From positions 1-63,094 of the forward strand of contig JAUCBJ010007905.1 of assembly GCA_032718475.1 (NCBI GenBank): 63,094 nt of DNA. Reading direction: 5' to 3'. Source of the stretch: Nemertoderma westbladi (Eukaryota; Animalia; Xenacoelomorpha). The translations under genes were made by a program, and so were the position numbers. Positions 50,560-61,779 of this stretch are shown here, piece after piece; position 1 is the stretch's first letter; the number at the start of each line of letters is the position of its first letter. The notes beneath the pieces were generated by a model. It had not been told where the DNA came from, did no database searches, and saw only the letters and a list, made by a program, of their open reading frames with translations.

Positions 50560-51982
50560 ATAACAAAAGCATTCTTTCTAGGTAAAAGTTACGCCCGTGG
50601 GGTTTTCCTGGTCGCTGATTTCATTCCAAACGTCAGTTTTCACTTTTAACGAAAATGATTATGTATCTATGTCTGTCTATGTCTGTCTGCCCGACCATCT
50701 GTCTGTCAAAATATAAGGACATCATACCACCTAGCCAAAACTACTTTGTTGTCGGTTTTTTTGGTCCCTGATTTCATTTCCGAAGTCAGTTTTAATTCTT
50801 AGTGAAGTCTATTATGTCTGATTGTCGGTCTGTCTGTATGTCCGTCTGTCAGTCTGTCTGTCTGTCAAAATATAAGGAAAGCATTCCAACTAGATAAAAG
50901 TTTTGTTATGGGGGTAATCCTGGTTGCTGGTTTCATTTCCGATGTCAGCTTTCACGTTTAACAAAACCTACTATGTCTGTATGTCGGTCTGTCGGTTTTT
51001 CTGTCTGTCCAGCAATCTGTCAGTCAAAGTAATAGGAATGCATACCAACTAGCTAAAAAAAATTATGGGGGTTTTCATGGTTGGTGATTTCATTTCCGAT
51101 GTCAGTTTTCGTGTTTGATGTCATTTACATTGTCAGTTTGTCTGTTCAGCTTTCGATTATATTTTGACTGACAGACAAACAGCATTGACAGACAGACATA
51201 ACTCTGTCAAATGAGTAAACGAACTTTAGAAATGAAATCACCGACCCGGAAAACCCTTGCAATAAAATTTTCAGTGGGGTTGTGTGCATTCTAACATTTC
51301 ATAGGACAGAATTACCCTAAGCATAAACTTTAAATGTTATCTGAAGAATGCAAATTTTAAATTTCAAAATGCAAAGGCTTTTCTAAAAATTAACGAATTC
51401 TTGTGAAGTTTGGCATGAATGACATTGGGTGATGCTTAACACCCCCTATTACCAATCTTAATTTTCTTTGTTATAGCTGAAATATTTAACAAAATGTGTC
51501 AATATTTGGCCAAAAATGGCGAAATCTGTCAAAAATCCGGCAAAAAAATCGTTTTTTTTTTTAATAAATTTTGAACAGAAGATTTATCAAAATTCTGGTA
51601 ATAATATCGATTCACGATATCATTGTGCACAAAGGATAAAATTTTGGACACTTGATGACCATCCCTACAAAGGCCTTTGATGACCATCCCTACAAAAGCT
51701 AAAATTTTAAAAAGTAAGTCCATAAATTATGTTAATTAAGTAAAAAATTAAAAATTTCGAAATAAATTTATTTGAAAATTTTTATCCACCTATTCTATAC
51801 TTGTGTACCAAATATCAATAAATTTGGGTAAAACGAAGTCTCCTAAATAAGGGAACGAAAATGTTTAGTTTAATAGTTTAATAGGTTTAATTATTTTTAG
51901 ATTAATCTTCTCTTAGAATGACTATTATTTGATATGAATCTTTTTGACAAAAGTCAATTTGGCCACAATAATGGCCCACTGT
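50560..51982. repeat. Repeat-rich DNA-transposon remnant
   Basis: About four ~160-170-bp units with GGGGTTTTCCTGGTCGCTGATTTCATT and (CTGT)n, one inverted copy near 51235; ends CCCACTG-TA. Confidence 0.45.
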
Positions 51983-52040
51983 AATAGGCCTAGGGCCTAC
52001 TTACTGAATATATTTTATTTATTATTTTTTATTGTTTCAC

Positions 52041-52298
52041 TATGGTGGCACTGAGCGGCCAGTTTCGTAATCTTTTTCTTTGTTTCCCCGACTTTTGCAA
52101 ACTCGTTCGAACTACTTTACAAAACTCGGGGAAACAAATCTTATTGGCTGGAGTGGTTTCTATAACAACAAACATCTAATCAAGTTTGTTTCCGTCAACT
52201 TGGGGGTAACAAAAAAAGTTTACAAAAAACAAACTTTTGTTTTCCTGGTTTTGTAAAGTCGTTCAAACGAACAAAGCTAGCCGCTCAGGACCACCATA
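52041..52298. mobile_element. MITE with TATGG termini
   Basis: TATGGTGGCACTGAGCGGC / GCCGCTCAGGACCACCATA; TTTCAC on both flanks (one extra base on the right). Confidence 0.7.
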
Positions 52299-53226
52299 AT
52301 TTCACTATGATATTGAATAATAACTATTTAAATCATTGTGTGCAAAGTAGCACTTTGTAGCGTTATGATCCGAGTTTATTTATGTACCGAGCGAGGGAGG
52401 TTTACATAAATAAACAAGGGTCTTTAACGCTGAAAAGTGACCTTTGCAAGCAATGATGTATTTAATTTTGTTACATTATTTCAACTTATCAGCGATCGGT
52501 ATGTGAAGAAAGGATTTTATGGATACTCATTTATACATTTTAATCATGTACTAAATCGAATATAAGTGAAATTTATTAACAGTTACACAGTATTAATTAT
52601 ACATTTAAATCTAATTTAAGTTTATTAGAAGTTATCTCCTGCTTGGATGTGATAAATCATTAATTAATCCATCTTGACTATTATAGTCGACTGAAGCAAA
52701 CTTATTCACCGTCTGTGTCCTTTCAGTTTTACTGAACACTGTCGTCACTTTCTTTGGTCATTTTAGTGTCTTCTATTGGACGTTTCGAAATAATGGAATA
52801 CAATACACGTTAAACGTTATTATTTACATACAGTAGCTAGTTCCGTCACTGCAAACTGGATAATATAGCAGCAGTCATTAACATAAATGGAAATAATAAA
52901 ATATGGAATACGGTAATTGAAGTTGTTTCCATGTCATTGATTACTTTGCAGCGTTCCGTCCTATAGGCCGCAACGCTGCAAAGTAGTACTCAGAACGCTG
53001 TTAAGTTGACATAATGTAACAAAAATATACGTTGGGCTACCAATTGTTCTATTTCATTACTGTGAAAATGAATGTGAAATGGTGAAACAGTGAAATGGTA
53101 TTCACTGTGTGTCTATTTTCAACAATAGAAATGTCTATATTTCTATTGTTAATATTGATTAATTTCTGGAATATACAAAATACTGTACATGTATTTTGTA
53201 TATTCCAGAATTTAATCGTAAAATTA

Positions 53227-53848
53227 AGTCTACCTACAGTACCAACTCCCGAAAATTATGTTTAGATTGCATTTGTTGTTAATGGTTGGCATCTACCTGA
53301 TTTTTGTACTTCAAGACATGGCGAATCCAGCTAGGCCGGATGCCACCTCTGCATTTTGGATTTAATGCCTTTTTTTGGGCTTCAAAGATTTTTGTTCAAA
53401 AATGGGTTTTTTAGATTTTAGGATAAAAGATATTCATGGTGAATGTTAGTGAATCTTGACTCTTAACCAGTGTATTTATTGAAAGTTAATCAAATTGCCT
53501 CAATGTTGTACTGAAACTGTTATAAACAAGAAGAAAGAAAAGAAAAACAAGAAGAAAATTTTCGAAATTATCTTGCAGTCCGCCAACCCGGCCCTAGTAA
53601 CCGCCTTAGCAACAGATTTATGAAATTTAAATTATTAATTTCTTTGTCTCAACTGTCTTTTCCTGAGAAAATCAACAAACAGTTTTAAAAATTAAAAAAC
53701 CTATCACACAACTTAAATAACATCTTGGGAACACATAAAGGGCAATTTAAAATCAAATAGCATCTAATGTTGCAGACACTTGTTACAATGTTACAGACTT
53801 TTACGGTACACGTTACCATAGAAATTTTCGGGAGTTGGCAGGTAGACT
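53227..53848. mobile_element. MITE, Kolobok-like termini
   Basis: AGTCTACCT..CCAACTCCCGAAAATT / AATTTTCGGGAGTTGGCAGGTAGACT; left TIR has a 5-bp insertion. Confidence 0.7.
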
Positions 53849-54088
53849 ATATTATGATATCTACTGTACTTTATATATTCCTGTATATTTCTTTATACCA
53901 CCCACTTATCTTTAGTTGTTAAGATTGCAGAATTTTTAAAAAATTAAGTAGAAAATAAAAATATATATAGTTGAAAATTTTAGAAAAATATGATGTATTT
54001 CTTAAAAAGGAAATCTATGTTTTTTGGTATAACTTGCTCTACATATTGAAGGTGTGATATATTAATTGTTAAATTATCTTCCTTCTAG

Positions 54089-54191
54089 TTGCACTTGTGT
54101 TGACAAAAATGGAGATTACATCGTGGATTTCTTAAGTAAAACCCTTACTAGAGAATATTGTGAGTATCATAGAACGCAGATTAAAAAATAA
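54089..54191 (+). CDS. Thyropin-like gene B, exon 5
   Basis: CTTCTAG acceptor; CTCVDKNGDYIVDFLSKTLTREYCEYHRTQIKK*; exons total 501 nt; 3' UTR resembles gene A's; AATAAA near 54286. Confidence 0.87.
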
Positions 54192-55216
54192 CTTTCAGTT
54201 TGTTGTGATACTGTTTCGATATTTATATTTTGGGGTTGAGGTATAGTGTTTAATGGTTATGGTGTTATGTTTTTTCTTTTGTTTCAATAAAATAAATTTA
54301 GCTCAGCATGATATATTCATTTTCTTTAGATAATTGTAAATTTGCGCCATTAATGCTGCTCTCCCAGCTATATCATTACAGCTTGTCGAGATTTGCTTCA
54401 CTAAAGGACGATTTCATTGAACAGCTTGAAAAGTGTAAGGGTAACTAGTATGCTATTTCTGTGTTTTGCAACAAAGAACTGTGGTACTTTAACCCTTTGC
54501 GTACCAACACTGAAAAAGGGCGGCACACTGCCGCCTTTTTCATTCTAAATGATCCTAATACAGGACCATGCTCATAAAGGCGGCAGTGTGCCGCCTTTAT
54601 AAAATTCTAACTTAACCCCCAGGGCGGCAGAGTGCCGCCTGTGTATTCGTGTTGGGCAGTAAAAACTTGTCTGGAAAAGATAATTTAATATTGCTTGAAG
54701 GGATTCCTATTGGTTTGAGAGTATTTTAAATGACATAATTACGGTGGCTGAAAGCGGCCAATATAATTCACTACTTTTTTAATTTTTATTTTGATCAACA
54801 TTTTTTTCTTGAAAATAATATCAACCCGGGTTTAAATTAATATCAACCCGGGTTGAAACATATTTTGACATATTTGGAATCCTTGCATGGCCAGCTTTCC
54901 ATTGCTACCAACTACCAACATTACTATTAGGTTGAAGAATAACTGGAGTACGACTGGCTCTATATGGATGGATACATTTTTTTCAAACGCTTGAAAGCGA
55001 AAATAAAGATTCTGGTCTGGCTCACCCGCAGTAAGTGGTTGGGAAGTGAAACTATCTCTGTTTCAAATTTCATGCAATCTCATAAAGATTTGTTAAAAAA
55101 GAAGGGGGGGGGGGGGGGGGGGGGTGGGGTTCCATATCACTGAATTACGACACTATATTCCAGGACATGGTGTAGGTACAATAGTAGAGTAGAGTAAAAC
55201 AAGCGCGAAATCGCGC

Positions 55217-55893
55217 AAAGGTCCACGTCTACTAACGCACGAACTGTCTCCTTGAATGGCTTACTACCAAAGGTCCGCGTCTACTAACGCACGAACTGTC
55301 TCATTGAATGGCTTACTACCAAAGGTCCGCGTCTACTAACGCACGAACTGTCTCCTTGAATGGCTTACTACCAAAGGTCCGCGTCTACTAACGCACGAAC
55401 TGTCACCTTGAATGGCTTACTACCAAAGGTCCGCGTCTACTAACGCACGAACTGTCTTCTTGAATGGCTTACTAGCAAAGGTCCGCGTCTACGACCGCAT
55501 GAACTGTCTCCTTGAATGGCTTACTACCAAAGGTCCGCGTCTACTAACGCACGAACTGTCTCCTTGAATGAATTACTACCAAAGGTCCGCGTCTACTAAC
55601 GCACGAACTGTCTCCTTGAATGGCTTACTACCAAAGGTCCGCGTCTACTAACGCACGAACTGTCTCCTTGAATGGCTTACTACCAAAGGTCCGCGTCTAC
55701 TAACGCACGAACTGTCTCCTTGAATGGCTTACTACCAAAGGTCCGCGTCTACTAACGCACGAACTGTCTCCTTGAATGGTTTACTACCAAAGGTCCGCGT
55801 CTACTAACGCATGAACTGTCTCCTTGAATGGCTTACTACCAAAGGTCCGCGTCTACTAACGTATGAACTGTCTCCTTGAATGGCTTACTTCCA
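55217..55893. repeat. 52-bp minisatellite, ~13 copies
   Basis: Unit CCAAAGGTCCGCGTCTACTAACGCACGAACTGTCTCCTTGAATGGCTTACTA. Confidence 0.95.
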
Positions 55894-55912
55894 ATCTTAC
55901 ACAATAAAACAT

Positions 55913-55986
55913 TCCCGGAATGGGGGATTGAACATGGTACCTAGAGATTCCAAGTCCCACGCTCTGCCAACTGAGCCAATGGGGCC
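55913..55986 (-). mobile_element. tRNA-like SINE head or tRNA pseudogene
   Basis: Minus strand GGCCCCATTGGCTCAGTTGGCAGAGCG...GTTCAATCC; D arm present, T and acceptor stems do not pair. Confidence 0.65.
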
Positions 55987-56822
55987 GTATCAAGACTTAA
56001 TACCAAAACCTAACGAGACATTAACAACAACAACACCACCAACAACAACAACGGAGTGAATACTGGAGGTCTCGCTACGCGGTCCTAAAAAGTAACGGCC
56101 TAAAGGAGAATAGGACTACAGGGAATACCGGGAGACAGAATAAAGAACTACTGTACAGTACAATTCTAGGTACTGTAGGCTTACAGTACCGGTCTTGGTA
56201 TGCAGGTTCCGATTTACACACCGTGTTTCCGCATGTTAATTGCATTTTAAATTTCCCTCTGCCTCACAGTATGAATAATTTCAACCCGGTTAGATAATAT
56301 TTTCAACCCGGTTGATATTAATTTCAACCCGGGTTGATATTAATTTCAACCCGGGTTGATATTAATTTCAACCCGGGTTGAAATTCAAGAAAAAAATGTT
56401 GATCAAAATAAAAATTAATTAAAAAAGTAGTGAATTATTTTGCCGTTTTCAGCCACCGTACATAATATATCCAATTTAATTTCAATTTAGCCAATAATTT
56501 TGTTACTAAAAATGAAGGCGGCAGTGTGCCGCCAATGGGGTTCTAATGAACGATTTAAAAATTTCGAAAATGGTTAAAGGTGGCAGTGTGCCGACTTTAG
56601 GGTAGGATAAGTAATAATATGGCTATCCTCTTTATACTTGTTCTTATGTATTTATATATTTTTCTTGAGCCTTGAGAGGAAATGTTTATGTAATTTATCT
56701 TTGGTATGTAAATGGTTAATAACAGCCTATACTGCCTACAAATCATACATACGCCCCCTTGTGAAATTTGCTATATGACTATTGTGAAAGAATGGTGGGC
56801 AACAGCGGTATGTATGCCTTAA

Positions 56823-57008
56823 GGCCCGTTTCCGCGCTGCTTTTTTTTAAGCTTTATTTCAAGTTTTTTTTTAGTTAAAACAATTTCTAGAAATTAATTG
56901 CTTCAAGATGAATCTGAGAGTTTTCGAATGCTAAAACCTAAAATATAGAATAAAGCTGCTCAAAAAAAGCTAGAAATACAGTAAAAAAAAGCTGCGCGGA
57001 AACGTGCC
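56823..57008. mobile_element. Small MITE, Harbinger-like termini
   Basis: GGCCCGTTTCCGCGC / GCGCGGAAACGTGCC, TAA/TAT flanks. Confidence 0.6.
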
Positions 57009-57777
57009 TATAACAATATCTATATTGCGTAGCTAATCATACATAAACAAATGTTCCAGAACATTGTGTATTTGTTAAATATAGTAAAATGGCCTCCATC
57101 GAGCAGTACTTCTTGCAATATTTAAACACATATACAGTATCTCAGCTGTTTCTCAACGAAATTCAGATATTGTTTTATATTTCGAATCCTTGTGACGCAA
57201 GGTTTCTCTTGATTTGAAAACGACAAATGTGAAGAATGGCAATGATACGGAGGGTACAATTTCCCAAAAGACACTTTTTTTAAAACGCTTATAAAAAATT
57301 TAAAAGAACAATCAAAAATTCCGGCTTCATGGCAAAACCGACGGTGAGATGAACTAGTTGTGTTTCCAATTTCAAGCAATATGATAAAGATTTGTAGAAA
57401 AATTTGCGGGGTCATGGTGTATTGTAAGAAGAAAGTTGCAAACATTTGTGGAACTAGAAAAGAAACTGAAACGATTTTTTCGGGTGGGGGGACTGGAACT
57501 GAAACTAATTTTCTGTCAGTTCGAAGCGCTACTTCCAACCTATCATAGCATCCCTCATAATGTGATGTGCAGCGGGAAATTTGAATTCACCAAGAGCCAA
57601 CGTTTGTAACAGTCTTAATCATCCTGTATCCTCATTGATCCTGCAGGCTGCAGCAAACAGGCAACTGCTACCGGTAACACAATCAACTGATCAACGACTG
57701 CTGGACTGAACGAATCAAAGTACAATCGGACAGTAACAATCGGACTGACACCGCTTTACCAGTTTTAATCAACTGCA

Positions 57778-58527
57778 ATGACTTCGTTTATTCGACTACC
57801 GGTACCTTTACTAACGCCTCGTCGTTCCCACCAATCCTTACCGACATCGACGTTCGGCCCGGTAGCGACGGGGTTCGGTGTCTACAAGAACCCGTCATGG
57901 CGGGACCCGGACCCGCTGGCTGGCAGACTGGACACCCAGACCAACCGGAACTGGCGCCCTTCACCGGCGCCCCACGGCTACTACAAGGCGCAGACCGCGG
58001 ATTTCGTACCGCTGTACATGCGCGACCCAACCGTCGCTAAGTTCACCCGAGTGCTAATGATCGAGGGTAAACGCCGCGAATGCGAGGAGATTATGGCGGC
58101 GACATTCGAGCGGATTAAACGACACCAACTTGACCGGCACCACAAAGACAGAGACAAACCCGTGGAATTGGACCCCTTGAAGGTGTTCAAATCGGCATTG
58201 AGTAACTGCCGCCCATTATTGGGACTCAAAAAGGTTGTGGGAGGTGGGGGCATTGTGTACCAGGTCCCGGTGCCCATGTCTGATAAACGTAGTGTCTGGT
58301 TGGCTATGCGGTGGCATATCACGGAGGGGCGGGAACTTGCGCGCCCGTTGTACGGCGGAATGACTCGACACCACATGGACGAGAGGTTGGCAATTCTGCT
58401 TCTAGACTCTTATAATAATAACGGGAAAGTTGTACAGCGTAAAATTAATTTGCACAAAAGGTGCGAACAGAACAAAGCTTACGCTCATTTTAGGTGGTTC
58501 CCAACACGAAAGAGAATGAAAAAATAG
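57778..58527 (+). CDS. MRPS7: Mitochondrial ribosomal protein S7 (uS7m), single coding exon, 249 aa
   Basis: uS7 motifs KFTRVLMIEGKR, GGIVYQVPVPM...LAMRW, KINLHKRCEQNKAYAHFRW; Arg/Ser-rich acid-free N-terminus like a targeting peptide; AATAAA at 58871. Confidence 0.93.
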   Translation: MTSFIRLPVPLLTPRRSHQSLPTSTFGPVATGFGVYKNPSWRDPDPLAGRLDTQTNRNWRPSPAPHGYYKAQTADFVPLYMRDPTVAKFTRVLMIEGKRRECEEIMAATFERIKRHQLDRHHKDRDKPVELDPLKVFKSALSNCRPLLGLKKVVGGGGIVYQVPVPMSDKRSVWLAMRWHITEGRELARPLYGGMTRHHMDERLAILLLDSYNNNGKVVQRKINLHKRCEQNKAYAHFRWFPTRKRMKK

Positions 58528-59199
58528 ATAGCGTACGCCATACTGCAATAATGTACATCATTATAATTTTATGATTACATATAAGTCTGGAGGTAAGAGG
58601 TATAATAGATGTGGCGGTAACCCTAAGAATTAACTTCCTTCCTACACACTAAATTGATTCTTTATTGATGCTACATTATAAAATTGAAATTTATTTTCCT
58701 TTTCACCAGTAGGACACACATTATAATTATAAAGAATCAAGTTAGGTATAGCAAGCTAACTCTGAGATGTTCACCAAAAGAATGGCCAGTATCTCCTACC
58801 TCCAGTATAACAGTAACAATATGTTTATTTAACTATATTAGTACCATACAGCCATAACTGTTTTTTTTTCAATAAATAAAACATACTGTATAGGGCCTAC
58901 ATGAAATATACATAAAGTATACATGTATTTTATACTGTACATTAAATATAATATTTTATACTGTAAGACTACAGTTTGCTGATCTGAGAGGTTAGGGGAA
59001 AGGAATCAAATAAGGAAAGGGTAGTTTCAAGTAATTTTAAAAAAGGCATCAGTACGCTAAAAAGTCATTACTTTGTTTCTGCTGCGTATAAAAAAAACAC
59101 AATATAATATTATGTTGTTTTTTTGTACTTACATTTCTTTTACATACGTAATAAAATCTTTGATCTATCATTGTAATAATTATCTTACATTGTGTAAAA

Positions 59200-59328
59200 G
59201 GCGAGTAGCTCAGTCGGTTGAGCGCTGTGTCTGAAATCTATTGGTTGTAGGTTCAGCCCCGCCAGGGTTCACGCAGCCTTTCATCCACTGCGGTCGATAA
59301 AATTAGTACCAGTTCAATTACTGGGAGC
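59200..59328 (+). mobile_element. tRNA-derived SINE with Nin/Deu-type core
   Basis: TAGCTCAGTCGG A box, GGTTCAGCCC B box, then CAGCCTTTCATCC...GGTCGATAAAATTAGTACCAG, matching the Nin-domain consensus as I recall it. Confidence 0.75.
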
Positions 59329-59337
59329 AAAACAAGG

Positions 59338-59769
59338 GATAGGAGTAGCGCCCACCCCTACCGCGGGTAGCAGATAGGAGTAGCGCCCACCCCTACCCGA
59401 GGGTAGCAGATAGGAGTAGCGCCCACCCCTACCCGAGGGTAGCAGATAGGAGTAGCGCCGACCCCTACCCGCGGGTAGCAGATAGGAGTAGCGCCCACCC
59501 CTACCCTCGGGTAGCAGATATGAGTAGCGCCCACCCCTACCCTCGGGTAGCAGATATGAGTAGCGCCCACCCCTACCCGCGGGTAGCAGATAGGAGTAGC
59601 GCCCACCCCTACCCTCGGGTAGCAGATATGAGTAGCACCCACCCCTACCCTCGGGTAGCAGATATGAGTAGCGCCCACCCCTACCCGCGGGTAGCAGATA
59701 GGAGTAGCGCCCACCCCCACCCGCGGGTAGCAGATAGGAGTAGCGCCCACCCCTACTCTCGGGTAGCAG
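59338..59769. repeat. 36-bp minisatellite, 12 copies
   Basis: Unit GATAGGAGTAGCGCCCACCCCTACCCGCGGGTAGCA. Confidence 0.95.
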
Positions 59770-60461
59770 CTATCGAAGGAGGAGCTTTTGCGTCGCCTCC
59801 GGCCTCGACCGACTGTCTCCCCACCCCTCCCATCTATTTAATTTACTTGCTAATCCTTGATTGGGTACGAATGTTTTTTTCGCTTTCAAACTTTTTCAAC
59901 AATTGTTTGAAAAAGTACTTAGATGTTATATATATATTTATTTTTTTATTTTTCGAAGTAGTTGTTTCCGGAACAGGCTCTTTCCGGGATGGTGCAATGG
60001 CGCATTGGATGCTCTGTATCTATAACAGGGAGCAGGTTCGGTTTACTTTCGGCTGACAGACAACTCGCCAATGGCACCCATATGCTAAGGCTTCGCTCAC
60101 TTCGTGGCTCGCCCCACATTGCGCAATTAAAGTCTGGTGGAAGTTTTAGTGTATGAAGAAACGCCCGAAACTTCTTGCTTCAACATTTTTATAAAGTATT
60201 ATTTCCAGCAACATTTTAAAAAAAGTATAATTGTTTCACTATTCTCGAGGTATTTTATTTACCCAGCGCCAGCGACGCTTCGAGAAAATATTGAAAAAAA
60301 AGTTCCATGGCCTACGTTTTTTTCCTGGTAATACTTAATTTCCTTTATTCTTAAATTACCCTACTCGGTTACCTCACCCGGTCTAATCTGTTTGCTATTT
60401 ATACACCACCTACGATTTTTTATACGAATCTTGACAGTTTAATTCAAATGTGAAAATTTTT

Positions 60462-60685
60462 TGGCCCGTGTGAAATTTATACACCACGTGAAAAATCCCC
60501 CAATGTGAAGGATACCAGGTGTCTCTAAAACCACAGGTTTCAGAAGGGCTGATTCTAACCAAAACAATAAACGAATAAGTATCTATACATACAGGTTATA
60601 AAACACTTAATAAGGGGAAATTTGGAAAAATACAAATTCTTCATAATAATATATAAAATTCCAATATAATATCCCACATGGGCGG
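60462..60685. mobile_element. Degenerate inverted relative of the 6152-6425 MITE
   Basis: Shares ATGTGAAG.ATACCAG, ACAGGTTTCAGA.GGGCTGA and ACCAAAACAATAAACGAAT. Confidence 0.6.
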
Positions 60686-61779
60686 ATTTTTTGGTGTAAT
60701 TTCCTAAATGTTACTATATGAGTTAAAGAGAATCGACGTAATAGGTTTCTATGCAATCAATATCCGTTCACACACTCAAAAGTTATTGCAACTTTTAGTG
60801 TCTGCGCGGCGTTCTCCAAAACGGAACTCAATATCCAATATTGGTTTATGTAGTTAAGCGGCTCTCTAGTTAGGTAATAAATATTCGAGAACACTAAATT
60901 ATTTAACGTTGAGTAAGGCAGCATCAGGAGTTGAAGAGTACAGTAATTTGAATCTCAGTAACTATGGAAGCAATATAGTAAAATACTAAAGTTCAATTTA
61001 TTTTGTAACAAAAAAAGTACCAATTTAAGAATAATAATTATTTACTACGTGGGAAAAAAAACTAGAACATTTTTTGTTCAATATTCTCTCGACCCCGTGA
61101 TAATAATTTTCAAAAAGTTCTACTTTTTTTCCTTGTAATAAATAATAATTATTTCTTTCCATTTCTGCATCCATTTTTATACTAGCTGCTAATATTATAA
61201 TAATATAATTCTATTGACAATAATTATTATTTTCTTGAGCAACAAGTGTCCCGTCGTGTGAGGAGTCCAGCAAGGTTATTTAATAACTCTTATTTATAAA
61301 AAATACTAAGTGGCATGACAATGGTTCACACGGTCAGCCTCGTGTAGTGATATCGTAAACAAATCACTGCAAATGCAGCTAATAATTGCCAATCGTATTC
61401 ATAACAAATATTATCTTATTGAAATTCGATAAAAAAACCTTTCAATTGAATCAGTAATTTAATTATAATGTAAGTTTTAAGTAAGTAAAAATAATATAAA
61501 TAACACAATAAACAATAAATTAGTACACTCGAATAAACATCGTGGATACAATATACAATATACACCAGCGATAATATATATATTCGAAATTGTCAGATAA
61601 TAATTAATATGCAGCGATTATTATCTATTAGAGTCAATTTGGTGAATTGAATTGTGTTTTAGAGGTAAAACATTAACATTATTTCACATGTATGATGAAT
61701 CTTTTAAATAAATAACAAATAGAAATAAACAAAGAAAAATATTGCAATTAAATTAACGTGTACCGGGGCATTGTTAGTA

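Larger units (their letters stand above)
54740..56460. mobile_element. IS3EU-like MITE
   Basis: TACGGTGGCTGAAA / TTTCAGCCACCGTA long TIRs; 6-bp TSD CATAAT (54734-54739, 56461-56466). Confidence 0.85.
54493..56715. mobile_element. piggyBac-like non-autonomous element (outer layer of a nest)
   Basis: TTAA at 54489-54492 and 56716-56719; CCCTTTGCGTACCAA / TTGGTATGTAAATGG; GGCGGCAGTGTGCCGCC subterminal palindromes on both sides. Confidence 0.78.

Noticed and set aside
55913-55986. Functional tRNA genes here and at 1810-1880, 4420-4488, 59200-59270
   Set aside because: A/B boxes present but acceptor or T stems fail to pair, and most continue into SINE bodies.
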